A stretch of DNA of 64,000 nucleotides from Desulfuromonadales bacterium (GTDB taxonomy: Bacteria; Desulfobacterota; Desulfuromonadia; Desulfuromonadales; SZUA-540), in the NCBI GenBank assembly GCA_033549025.1, contig JAWSUS010000007.1, positions 1 through 64,000 on the forward strand. The letters run 5' to 3'. This document shows positions 44,156 to 52,622 of the stretch, one piece after another. The notes under the pieces are model-generated. The model was not told the DNA's origin, made no database searches, and saw only the letters and a list, made by a program, of their open reading frames with translations. How positions within the stretch are numbered: position 1 is the stretch's first letter; each line of letters begins with the position of its first letter. The translations under genes were made by a program, and so were the position numbers.

Positions 44156-44377
44156 TTAAAATCCTGAAATGGCACTGAACCAACCTTGGGCGAGGCCGAT
44201 AGGGCCTCCGGCGGCGATAGCCCCCCCCACGAGACAGGCAATTCCCCAGATGCCGATCAGGGCGGCGAAGGCCAGGGTCAGAATAAAGGAGACCCTGAAG
44301 GTGATTCTCATCAAAACCAGGCCCAGTTGCGAATGAACCTTTTCTTGGACTTGAACAGCAGCCTGAACGTTGCTCAT
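44156..44377 (-). CDS. 73-aa membrane microprotein with a W-x3-C-x2-GG motif
   Basis: AAGGAG RBS; MSNVQ...LIGIWGIACLVGGAIAAGGPIGLAQGWFSAISGF. Confidence 0.75.
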   Translation of the reverse strand: MSNVQAAVQVQEKVHSQLGLVLMRITFRVSFILTLAFAALIGIWGIACLVGGAIAAGGPIGLAQGWFSAISGF

Positions 44378-44898
44378 AGGGTTCTCCTTTCTGTAAAAAA
44401 GTGCGGTTGATCTGCCCACTATTGTCTATCGGTTGAAAAAAGAATAACAGCCCAACGACAGAGTGTCAACAAAAAAAGATAATAAAAACGAGTATTTAGC
44501 TATCAACCCTGGTTTTCATGAAAAGAGGAAAGAGGGCCTGTCTATTTTTGATGAAACCGTAAATTGCAATATATTGGAAATTCTAGTTGTAAAGAGGTTC
44601 AGGCTCTCTGGCGTAGAAAAAAGTCAGGGCTGAAGTGCTGGATGTGGGCGCTTTGGTCCGGTGCAATCGGTGGCATAACCCTGTCGTTGCAAAGGTGGTG
44701 ACGACCTAAGAATGTTCAAAATGATGGGAAAAGGTGAAATTAAAATTTCCACTTAAGCGGTCAAATCGCTTGCACGCAAAACCTCCCTGTGGTAATTAGT
44801 TTAAAAAAGGTTGGTCGGGCTTGGAAACATTCCTCGAATGGTGAATTTCTGATCGGACTTTTGAGGCCGGTTGGAGCTAAAAGCTTTAGGAGAAGACC

Positions 44899-45060
44899 AT
44901 GAAGACAGCCTATCAGGTCAGGGCAGGAAAAGCGGTAACCAATTACCTTGCTTCCGCTAGCATGATTGGACTTTCCATTGCAGTCGGACTGGCAGTTTCA
45001 AGCGCTTTGGTTGCAGCTCTTTGGGCTCCGATGACCGTAGTGTTAAGCGGTCTCTTCTAG
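44899..45060 (+). CDS. 53-aa hydrophobic microprotein (not in ORF track)
   Basis: AGGAG RBS; MKTAYQVRAGKAVTNYLASASMIGLSIAVGLAVSSALVAALWAPMTVVLSGLF; terminator follows. Confidence 0.7.
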   Translation: MKTAYQVRAGKAVTNYLASASMIGLSIAVGLAVSSALVAALWAPMTVVLSGLF

Positions 45061-45097
45061 TTTTTGTTTTAAGCGCAAAGCGGCGACTACGATATCG

Positions 45098-45130
45098 AAC
45101 CTCCCCAGGGTCTCCTGGGGAGGTTTTTTT
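45098..45130 (+). terminator. Intrinsic terminator after the 53-aa microprotein
   Basis: AACCTCCCCAGG-GTCT-CCTGGGGAGGTT plus a T-tract. Confidence 0.8.
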
Positions 45131-45505
45131 GTGTGAATATGGCGCTTCGCTGAGCCTTGGGGCCACCCTGTGTCAACTGTGACCCACCGGTGAAACCTGT
45201 ACCTTTAAATCCTCCTGATTTAGGTAGTTTATTATTGCAATAATTCAAACACTGTGATAAAAACCGCTGCATCTGCAACACTCCTCACCACCCTTTAAAT
45301 GCTCTGCAAATTATATATGTTAATAAAAACAGCTTGTTAGATGCGTTGCGCGGCGCTGTGCAACATGTTGGCAGTGCGCAACGAATGGCGAGCTAAAAAC
45401 GCGCGGGGACCAAAATTTGGCTTAGGCTAGGAGTGGGGCTGTACGCCGGGTTTCCGTAAAGACTTTTCAGGTTAGTCAACAAATAGGTGGAAAGGGAAGG
45501 AAGTT

Positions 45506-46726
45506 ATGGATCAGATGCCAAAAACCCAGAGAATGACCTTGAATGAGATTGAAAGCATTGTCTCCGGACGACTGCTTTCCGGTGGTGCCGGATATTATTT
45601 TGGCGTCATCATTTCCGCGCTACTGGTCGTGGCAGCGCTCGTAGCCGGTGTTCACTCCTTTATTGTTGGACATGAGCACACTTACGGGGTAACCAGAGAG
45701 GTGCCCTGGGGGATTCTCATTGCGACTTATGTCTTCTTTGTCGTCACTTCCACGGGACTCTGTCTCGTGTCCTCGATCGGGCATGTTTTTGGAGTCGAGT
45801 CCTACATGCCGATAGCCAAGCGGTCGGTCTTTCTCTCCATCGCGACCATTCTGGCTGGATTTTTTGTTATTGCCTTCGAAATTAAAATCCCTTGGCGGAT
45901 GGCGATTTACAATGTCATTTCTCCCAACATCACCTCCAATATCTGGTGGATGGGTACACTCTACGGGGTTTACCTTGTCCTGATGATATTTGAGTTTCTC
46001 TTCCTCAACCTGAACAAACACAAACTGGCGGTGGCCATGGGTTTCGGTGGCGCGGTTGCTGGTATCGCCGCGCACAGTAACCTCGGCGCCGTTTTTGGCC
46101 TCCTTATGGGCCGCGAGTTCTGGCACGGTCCCTACATGTCCATTTACTTCATCGCTTCGGCCATGATGACCGGTACCGCCGTAATTTTTCTTTTCCACTA
46201 TCTTGCCTACAAGGTTAACGGCGAAGACCTGAGCCTTGATGGACCGATGGTGGCCTCCCTGGATGTGGTACGTCGCCTCGGGATCCTCCTCATCTGCGTC
46301 ATCATATTCTTCACAACCTGGAAAATGGTTGCTGGTGTTGCCGGCATGCCCGGTGGCAAGTACGAAGCGGTCATGGCTCTGGTCAAAGGGCCCTACGCCA
46401 TTAACTTCTGGCTGTTTGAGGCAGGGTTCGGCCTGATCTTCCCGCTGCTCCTTTTCATTCTCTCCAAGGGTAAAAACCTGATGATGATGTTCGTTGGGTC
46501 GGCGATGATGATTGTCGGTATTTTTATCATGCGCTACGACCTGGTGATCGTCGGCCAGATTGTTCCGGTTTATCATGAGCTCGGCGTCAATGAGTTCAGC
46601 CACCTCCTGTCCTACACCCCCTCCTTCCACGAGATCATTATCACTTTGGGTGGTTTTGGGGTGGCGTTCTTTCTCTTCCTGGTGGGAGAGAAGCTCTTTG
46701 CCGGACACAAAGTCGAACATCATTGA
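45506..46726 (+). CDS. NrfD/PsrC-family quinol oxidoreductase membrane subunit (CbcU-like)
   Basis: VPWGILIATYVFF, SNIWWM and MRYDLVIVGQ motifs; about 10 TMs. Confidence 0.85.
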   Translation: MDQMPKTQRMTLNEIESIVSGRLLSGGAGYYFGVIISALLVVAALVAGVHSFIVGHEHTYGVTREVPWGILIATYVFFVVTSTGLCLVSSIGHVFGVESYMPIAKRSVFLSIATILAGFFVIAFEIKIPWRMAIYNVISPNITSNIWWMGTLYGVYLVLMIFEFLFLNLNKHKLAVAMGFGGAVAGIAAHSNLGAVFGLLMGREFWHGPYMSIYFIASAMMTGTAVIFLFHYLAYKVNGEDLSLDGPMVASLDVVRRLGILLICVIIFFTTWKMVAGVAGMPGGKYEAVMALVKGPYAINFWLFEAGFGLIFPLLLFILSKGKNLMMMFVGSAMMIVGIFIMRYDLVIVGQIVPVYHELGVNEFSHLLSYTPSFHEIIITLGGFGVAFFLFLVGEKLFAGHKVEHH

Positions 46727-46772
46727 TGAGTTTCAGGTCTACTAGCGATAAGCATTTGAAGGAGAATATAGC

Positions 46773-47528
46773 ATGAAGAAAAATAAGGTCGAATTCGACG
46801 GCTTGCAGAATGAAGGAGTGGAGAATGCTCCCGTAGAGGATCGACGTCGTTTTCTGAAAATGGGCCTTGCCCTCACCGGTGTCTTTGCCGGCGGTACCCT
46901 TTACTCCGCCACCTCGGCGGTAAACAAGGTTTATGCTTCAGCTGGCGAGTATGCCAAGAAATATCCGTACAAGCCTCATTACAGCATGATCATGCACCAG
47001 GATCGTTGTATTGACTGCGAGCGCTGCATGGCGGCTTGTGTCAAGACCAATAATGTGCCCGAGTATGGTTACCGAACGACGATCCTCGAAAGAGAAGTCA
47101 AGGATGCCGTTGGCCAAAAGCGGGAATTTATTCCCGTCCTTTGCAATCACTGCAACCTTCCCCAGTGCACCAGGGTTTGCCCGACCCGGGCTACGTATAA
47201 AGATAAAGCCACCGGCATCGTCATGATGAACGCCGCTAAATGTATCGGGTGTTTGACCTGTCAGCAAGGGTGCCCCTACAATGCGCGCTATTTCAGCGAG
47301 GAAAAACATGCGGTCGACAAATGCAATTTCTGCATCGATACGCGACTGTCCAAAGGCGAGACCCTGACGGCCTGCTCTGAAGCCTGCCCTGCTGATGTCA
47401 GGGTGTTTGGTGACCTTTCGGATCCCAATAGCCGTATTTACCGTGAGGTTCATCAGATCGAGAAAACCGTCTGGGTTCTGCGGCCTGAGGCCGGTACGCG
47501 ACCCAATGTTTTCTATACTCGCGGCTAA
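46773..47528 (+). CDS. Tat-exported NrfC/PsrB-like 4Fe-4S protein (CbcT-like)
   Basis: RRRFLK Tat motif; four Cys clusters (CIDCERC, CNHC...C...CP, CIGCLTC...CP, KCNFC...C...CP). Confidence 0.9.
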   Translation: MKKNKVEFDGLQNEGVENAPVEDRRRFLKMGLALTGVFAGGTLYSATSAVNKVYASAGEYAKKYPYKPHYSMIMHQDRCIDCERCMAACVKTNNVPEYGYRTTILEREVKDAVGQKREFIPVLCNHCNLPQCTRVCPTRATYKDKATGIVMMNAAKCIGCLTCQQGCPYNARYFSEEKHAVDKCNFCIDTRLSKGETLTACSEACPADVRVFGDLSDPNSRIYREVHQIEKTVWVLRPEAGTRPNVFYTRG

Positions 47529-47587
47529 AGACTCGAGCCTGATTCCCAAAGGCTCTGACCCCATTTGTGAATAGCGGAGGTTTAATC

Positions 47588-48229
47588 ATGAATAAGTTCA
47601 TGTTGCGCGCATTTGGCGCCATATTGTTGACGTTGTTGGCGACGGCTCCGGCCCTTTGGGCCGAGGAAGAAGATTTTGGCGGTCCGGAGATCGCCTATGA
47701 GCAGCCGGTCAAAGGGGTATCTTTCAGCCACAAAACGCATGTGGGTGACTACGGTTTCTCCTGCGACAGCTGTCATGACGGTATCTTTGACATGATGGTC
47801 GGCGCCGCCTATGAAAATGGCGACTTTACGATGGACAGCCTGTATCAGGGCAAATACTGTGGCGCCTGCCACGACGGGTCCATGGCTTTTGCCGCCAATA
47901 CCCAGTGTGCCTCCTGCCATGTGCAGGATGGTGGCGATGTTATCTATACCGAGCCGGTCAAAGGGGTTCTTTTCAGCCATGATGTTCACGGCCAGGTCGG
48001 GCTGGATTGCGCCAGTTGTCACGATGGGCTCTTTGAAATGCGCTCTCTTGCTGCCCAGGAAAATGCCAACTTTGTCATGGAGGCTCTCTACGAGGGCGAG
48101 TATTGCGGCGCCTGCCATGACGGTTCTATGGCGTTTGCCTCCGATACCCAATGTGCGACCTGTCATATTGGCGTCAAGGGATTGCGTCGCGCTACTGGTT
48201 CCGCAACAAAAGAGCAAGCCGCTCACTAA
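47588..48229 (+). CDS. Periplasmic hexaheme cytochrome c (two tandem c7-type repeats)
   Basis: Signal peptide; six CxxCH motifs in two similar halves (PVKGV.FSH...CGACHDGSMAF...TQCA.CH). Confidence 0.9.
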   Translation: MNKFMLRAFGAILLTLLATAPALWAEEEDFGGPEIAYEQPVKGVSFSHKTHVGDYGFSCDSCHDGIFDMMVGAAYENGDFTMDSLYQGKYCGACHDGSMAFAANTQCASCHVQDGGDVIYTEPVKGVLFSHDVHGQVGLDCASCHDGLFEMRSLAAQENANFVMEALYEGEYCGACHDGSMAFASDTQCATCHIGVKGLRRATGSATKEQAAH

Positions 48230-48285
48230 GTTAACAAGAAAGATCAGGGAGGGGTGGTCTCTCCACCCCTCCCGCTTTTAAAGCC

Positions 48286-48486
48286 ATGGCAGAGCCGAAA
48301 AGACTGGCGCTAAAACTTATCCGGTTTGTGGTTATCATGATAGTCGCCTCTGTCATGACGGCGGCCGTGCTGATTCTCGCTGTGCCCGACCTGGGCAAAT
48401 GGCCCACGGTTATAAGCGCAGTGGGGATCGCCCTTCTCGTCGCCATGTATGATATGGGTCTCTTTAAGGGCGACTTTGAAATCTGA
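48286..48486 (+). CDS. Small two-TM hypothetical protein
   Basis: 66-aa ORF with two hydrophobic segments, co-oriented with its neighbours. Confidence 0.55.
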   Translation: MAEPKRLALKLIRFVVIMIVASVMTAAVLILAVPDLGKWPTVISAVGIALLVAMYDMGLFKGDFEI

Positions 48487-48576
48487 TTCGCAATTTCAGG
48501 CTACCCTGCCAGAATTTTCGCGTTTCGTGCCGAGTTTCCGTGCCCCTATTCCACCCTCTAGCTTGCTTCCTCTGTA

Positions 48577-49911
48577 TTGCTTATGCCCAAAGTAGACCAC
48601 TGTAAACAGTTGACTGTCATATTGAACAGCGTCGCCGACGGTGTCTTCACCGTTGACGATCGTATGCGGATTACCCTTTTCAATAAGGCGGCCGAGGAAA
48701 TTACGGGGTTTACCGAAGAAGAGGCGATGGGCAGGCATTGCCATGATATTTTCCGCACGGATGTCTGCTTTACGTCCTGTCCCGTCAAGGAAGCCCTGGA
48801 ATCCGGCCAGCCCGTTATAAACCGCGAAGTTGATATCATCACGAAGGAGGGGAAGAAGGTCCCCATCTCGATCAGTGCCTCGGTGCTGAAGGATGAAAAT
48901 GGTAAGCCTCTCGGCGGTGTGGAAACCTTTCGGGACCAATCCCTTATCTACGCCCTCAAAAAAGAGATAGAAGAAAAATACACCTTTCATGATCTGGTCA
49001 GTCGCAATCCCGCTATGCGACGTCTTTTCGATGTGCTGCCCGATATTGCCTCCAGTGAAGCGACCGTGTTGCTAAAAGGAGAAAGCGGGACCGGAAAAGA
49101 ACTTTTTGCGCAGGCCATTCATGATTTAAGTCCCAGGCGCAAGGGGCCTTTGGTCATTGTCAATTGTGGGGCTCTGCCCGAGCCTCTTCTTGAGGCTGAA
49201 ATATTCGGGGCCCGGCGAGGAGCCTATACCGGGTCCATCGAAAATCGCCCAGGACGCCTGGAGATGGCGGAGGGAGGCACTCTTTTTCTTGATGAAATTG
49301 GCGATCTGCCTCTCCCTTTGCAGGTTAAGCTGCTGCGGGTCCTCGAGAACCATGAATATCAGCCCCTGGGAGCGAGAAGCCCACAGAAGGCCGATGTCCG
49401 TTTTCTCACGGCGACAAACTGCGACCTCGAAGATATGGTTGAAAAAGGAACTTTCCGCCGGGACCTGTTTTTTCGCATCAATGTAGTGGCTTTGCAGATT
49501 CCGCCTCTACGTGAGCGTCCGGAGGATATTCCTTTATTGATCGATGTTTTCCTTGACCGTTTTAATCGGACCTACGGGAAGAAGATCAGGGGATTTTCTG
49601 GAGAGGCACTCCAGCTTTTACTTAGTCATCAATATCCCGGCAACGTCCGGGAGTTGCTTAATCTTGTGGAGCAGACGGTTATCCTCTGTCGGAGCGGAGA
49701 AATTGGCGTTGAACATCTTCCGGCCGGTTTCCTTGAGGCCAGCGACCGTGATGAAGATGTCAGCTTCGGGAGACGAAGTCGGATCAATAAAGCCATTCTT
49801 CAAGATCTGCTTGCCCGCTACGAGGGGAACCGGACCAAGGTGGCCAAGGAATTGGGAGTGGATCGAACCACCTTGTGGCGATGGATGAAAAAATTTGATT
49901 TAAGTAGCTAG
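48577..49911 (+). CDS. PAS-domain sigma54-dependent activator, OrpR-like
   Basis: PAS with C-x8-C-x3-C; GESGTGKE; GAYTGS loop; FLDEIG; PGNVREL; C-terminal HTH (LGVDRTTLWR). Confidence 0.9.
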   Translation: MLMPKVDHCKQLTVILNSVADGVFTVDDRMRITLFNKAAEEITGFTEEEAMGRHCHDIFRTDVCFTSCPVKEALESGQPVINREVDIITKEGKKVPISISASVLKDENGKPLGGVETFRDQSLIYALKKEIEEKYTFHDLVSRNPAMRRLFDVLPDIASSEATVLLKGESGTGKELFAQAIHDLSPRRKGPLVIVNCGALPEPLLEAEIFGARRGAYTGSIENRPGRLEMAEGGTLFLDEIGDLPLPLQVKLLRVLENHEYQPLGARSPQKADVRFLTATNCDLEDMVEKGTFRRDLFFRINVVALQIPPLRERPEDIPLLIDVFLDRFNRTYGKKIRGFSGEALQLLLSHQYPGNVRELLNLVEQTVILCRSGEIGVEHLPAGFLEASDRDEDVSFGRRSRINKAILQDLLARYEGNRTKVAKELGVDRTTLWRWMKKFDLSS

Positions 49912-49934
49912 ACTTTCAAGCCAAACAAAAAAAT

Positions 49935-49972
49935 AGAGCGCGTCTTCCTTTCAGGAAGACGCGCTTTTTTTT
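49935..49972 (+). terminator. Intrinsic terminator after the activator gene
   Basis: AGCGCGTCTTCCT-TTC-AGGAAGACGCGCT plus a T-tract. Confidence 0.8.
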
Positions 49973-49986
49973 ATGTCTGGCGGGTG

Positions 49987-50128
49987 TGCAACAATCCTGT
50001 TGCAGTCATTTGGCGTTGCATTAAGCAACATGTTGCAAATATGTTGCAACGATAGACTGTGGCGCTAAAAGGGCCCTTGCCGAGGGTCTGGACAATTGCA
50101 GGATGCATCAGTGTTGCAGGGCGCAACA
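49987..50128. promoter_or_regulatory. Cluster of YGTTGC-N5-GCAACA palindromes (putative upstream activator sites)
   Basis: CGTTGCATTAAGCAACA at 50014-50030, TGTTGCAGGGCGCAACA at 50112-50128, and extra TGTTGCA half-sites. Confidence 0.6.
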
Positions 50129-50225
50129 TGAGGGTTGAGTTAAATTCTGAGTCAAGCAAGAGATTAGCCAATGTAAGTCCCCGAATACACTATAAAAAAT
50201 CAAATAAATTTATAAAAACTGTTTT

Positions 50226-50241
50226 TGGCACAACTCTTGGA
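50226..50241 (+). promoter_or_regulatory. Putative sigma54 promoter (-12 variant)
   Basis: TGGCACAACTCTTGGA versus consensus TGGCACG-N4-TTGCW; correct spacing. Confidence 0.6.
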
Positions 50242-50279
50242 ATACTAGAGATCAAACAACAGCGGCACGGAGATAAGCC

Positions 50280-50639
50280 ATGGGAAGTCAAAATCTTAGA
50301 ACGAAATCGGGTGAAAAAATAGCAGTGCCCTACTACGGAGCCCTGGTAAGACCTAAATCTGGCTTTGAGAGTCTCTATCTTGTTGCAGATGTTGCAGCAG
50401 GAACAACTACAGCGTTGCAATTTGAGGTTTGCGTCTGGGATAAAAACAGGCGACCTAAAATAGCCGAGTGGTTGCAAGAGATAGGGGTAAAAGGCGTAAT
50501 TTGCAGCGACGAAAAAGTGGAAATGGAAGAACTTTTGGCCTGTGAAGGGATCTGGTTGGAAAAAGGCAAAATGGGAGATGCTACAGACCTGGTAGCCATG
50601 TATGTCAACAGTATTAATAGCATCGGAAACATTAACTAA
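50280..50639 (+). CDS. Divergent NifX/ORP-fold-like protein, paralog 1
   Basis: GGAG RBS; KIAVP start and WLQEIGVKGVIC...LACEGI pattern; paralog of 51712..52092. Confidence 0.6.
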   Translation: MGSQNLRTKSGEKIAVPYYGALVRPKSGFESLYLVADVAAGTTTALQFEVCVWDKNRRPKIAEWLQEIGVKGVICSDEKVEMEELLACEGIWLEKGKMGDATDLVAMYVNSINSIGNIN

Positions 50640-50658
50640 CAGCAAAGGAAGGTGTCTT

Positions 50659-50802
50659 ATGAGAGTCGAAAACAGCAAAAGCAAGCCGGTAAGTGACAAG
50701 TATCTTCGAAACACTCTGATGGCCATGGGCGTGGTCGCACTGTCTGCCAGCCTTTACGTAGCTTGGCCAGCCCTGGTCCATCTGGGCAGTAAAATGATTT
50801 AA
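50659..50802 (+). CDS. 47-aa membrane microprotein (Trp36 family)
   Basis: AAGGAAGG RBS; MRVENSKSKPVSDKYLRNTLMAMGVVALSASLYVAWPALVHLGSKMI. Confidence 0.75.
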   Translation: MRVENSKSKPVSDKYLRNTLMAMGVVALSASLYVAWPALVHLGSKMI

Positions 50803-50853
50803 GACGATCATTCAAAAAGCATTTAAAAAAACCTTTAAAAAACGGAGGACATT

Positions 50854-51015
50854 ATGAGAACCGAGAATCTTATCACTGATCCGATCAAAGCCACCTACAA
50901 ATATGGCGTCTATAGTGCAATGGGCTTCGTTGGACTCAGTCTTGCGGCCTTTATCGCTTGGTCCTTTACCTGCGCCGGCGGTGCCTTGGTCGAAGTGATT
51001 GGCAAAATGGTGTAG
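50854..51015 (+). CDS. 53-aa membrane microprotein (Trp36 family)
   Basis: GGAGG RBS; MRTENLITDPIKATYKYGVYSAMGFVGLSLAAFIAWSFTCAGGALVEVIGKMV. Confidence 0.85.
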   Translation: MRTENLITDPIKATYKYGVYSAMGFVGLSLAAFIAWSFTCAGGALVEVIGKMV

Positions 51016-51049
51016 CAGATCAAATAAACTTACAGGATAGGAGGCAGCT

Positions 51050-51211
51050 ATGAAAACCGAAAACATTATAAGTGAACCCATCAAAACAACGTATAAGGTT
51101 GGCGTTTACAGTTCTGTGGCCTTTGTAGGTATTTTCCTGGCAGCCTTCATATCCTGGTCTTTCTGCTGTGCGGGCGGCGCTATTATCGAAGGATTGAGCA
51201 AGCTGATTTAA
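51050..51211 (+). CDS. 53-aa membrane microprotein (Trp36 family)
   Basis: GGAGG RBS; MKTENIISEPIKTTYKVGVYSSVAFVGIFLAAFISWSFCCAGGAIIEGLSKLI; 33/53 identical to the previous ORF by hand count. Confidence 0.85.
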   Translation: MKTENIISEPIKTTYKVGVYSSVAFVGIFLAAFISWSFCCAGGAIIEGLSKLI

Positions 51212-51252
51212 GAGGGTAGAAAAAAGTTTAAGAGAACGACAGAAAGGGGGCG

Positions 51253-51414
51253 GTGATGATGTTGTACACAGGTAATAAACCAATAGGTTTGGGAGCTGGT
51301 ATTGGAATGCTTGCCGCGCTTGTGTTCATAGGGTTTATCACCTCCCTCTTTCTGCTGTGGTCGGTGTCCTGTATTGGTGGGGGCGCAATTGTCCTGGCGG
51401 GTGGATTTTGCTGA
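51253..51414 (+). CDS. 52-53-aa membrane microprotein (Trp36 family)
   Basis: AAAGGGGG RBS; GTG 51253 or ATG 51256; (M)MMLYTGNKPIGLGAGIGMLAALVFIGFITSLFLLWSVSCIGGGAIVLAGGFC. Confidence 0.75.
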   Translation: MMMLYTGNKPIGLGAGIGMLAALVFIGFITSLFLLWSVSCIGGGAIVLAGGFC

Positions 51415-51447
51415 GAATGCTTTAGGGCGTGTAGCGCCAGCGGCGGG

Positions 51448-51570
51448 TGTTGCAAAAAACAAGCAATGCATCAATTGTTGCACTTAAGTGAAACGCTTAA
51501 GTGGCCCATCTGCAAATAAAAACAAGATGGCCAGCCGCGTAGACTCATACGACATGTTGCAAATGTAACG
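51448..51570. promoter_or_regulatory. Second cluster of TGTTGCA-type activator sites
   Basis: TGTTGC at 51448 and 51476; TGTTGCAAATGTAACG at 51555-51570. Confidence 0.5.
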
Positions 51571-51663
51571 TCTGAAATTGGCCATATTTAAAGCGTCATA
51601 AGAAACAAGAGTCTAAGTAGCCGAAATCAAATCGGAATAAGAATTGGAAGAAATCTTAACTTA

Positions 51664-51679
51664 TGGCATGACTTTTGGA
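51664..51679 (+). promoter_or_regulatory. Putative sigma54 promoter (-12 variant)
   Basis: TGGCATGACTTTTGGA; same spacing and same TTGGA variant as at 50226. Confidence 0.6.
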
Positions 51680-51711
51680 GTAGGTGAGAGACGGTAGAAA
51701 AGAGGGGGTCT

Positions 51712-52092
51712 ATGAGAGCTGAAAATAGTGTAACCAAGCCCCTTTCAGGTGTTTATAGACACTTGTTGGAAAAAGACGAGTGCAATCGAATCGCCATCCC
51801 CTACTACGGCGCCATCATGAGGCCGGGGGTAGGTGTCGAGAAGCTTTATTTTATTGCGGATGTTGACAAGAAAAACTCATCTTTGAAGCGCGTGTTTCTG
51901 GAGGTATGGAATTCGAAGATTTCACCAGAACTCCCAAGCTGGTTACGTGATAAGGGTGTGAGTGGGCTGGTCTGCCGGGATGGTTGTCAGAGTTATCTTC
52001 AGCCGATGGAAGCAGCTGGAATCAAAGTGCTGTTGGACAAGGCCCTTGATCTTGCCTGGATTGAAGGTATGGCTACAACATCACGAAGATAG
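51712..52092 (+). CDS. Divergent NifX/ORP-fold-like protein, paralog 2, with an N-terminal extension
   Basis: RIAIPYYGAIMRP...VW...WLRDKGVSGLVC...AAGIKV aligns with 50280..50639. Confidence 0.65.
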   Translation: MRAENSVTKPLSGVYRHLLEKDECNRIAIPYYGAIMRPGVGVEKLYFIADVDKKNSSLKRVFLEVWNSKISPELPSWLRDKGVSGLVCRDGCQSYLQPMEAAGIKVLLDKALDLAWIEGMATTSRR

Positions 52093-52141
52093 AGTGCTGG
52101 TTAACCAAAGATGAATGTTATTGAGCAAGAGGTGGAACGAC

Positions 52142-52573
52142 GTGAGGATCGCCATTACAGCCAGAGGGTCCCACCCTTCCAGTGAAGTTGACGAATGTTT
52201 TGGACGGGCCTATTGGGTTTTGATTTTTGAGACCAAAACCGGAAATTATACGGCAATCAATAATTCAGAAATTCGAAATTCCCAGGAAAATGCGGGAGTC
52301 AAAGCGGCAAAACTGCTTGAGAATAAGAAGGTCGATGTATTGTTGACTGGGGAAACTGGCCCGAAAGCTTTCAGATCCTTGGTCGAAAAGGGAATAAAGG
52401 TGTTCCATGGAGCGTCTGGTTCAGTCGAGGAGGCCTTGAACACCTGGCTCAGAGGGGAGATGAAAGAGGCTGAACACGCCAATAGCCCAGGTAGTCCTTA
52501 TTGCCTGGTTGTTCAATCAAAAACAACGCAGGTCGATGCACCTAAGGTTCTGCTTGACCTGCTGAAGACATAG
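52142..52573 (+). CDS. NifB/NifX-family (orange protein/MTH1175-like) cofactor-binding protein
   Basis: RIAITA...VDECFGRA...AGVKAA...VLLTGETGPKAF...GIKV; GTG start after GAGG. Confidence 0.85.
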   Translation: MRIAITARGSHPSSEVDECFGRAYWVLIFETKTGNYTAINNSEIRNSQENAGVKAAKLLENKKVDVLLTGETGPKAFRSLVEKGIKVFHGASGSVEEALNTWLRGEMKEAEHANSPGSPYCLVVQSKTTQVDAPKVLLDLLKT

Positions 52574-52622
52574 AAAGGTTTTTCCGCCGCATTCCCAAAA
52601 GGCGGAAACCATGGAGGTGAAT

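Noticed and set aside
44820..45130. Possible riboswitch or attenuator upstream of the NrfD operon
   Set aside because: I could not match a Moco or c-di-GMP aptamer. The region is explained by an RBS-led 53-aa ORF plus a terminator.
50812..51483. Minus-strand ORFs 50812-51084, 51020-51283, 51208-51483 and 51228-51455 from the ORF track
   Set aside because: They are antisense to the RBS-bearing paralogous microprotein genes.
52142..52573. NifB/NifX domain as evidence of a nitrogen-fixation cluster
   Set aside because: There are no nif structural genes nearby. The sequence resembles stand-alone orange protein/MTH1175-type members.
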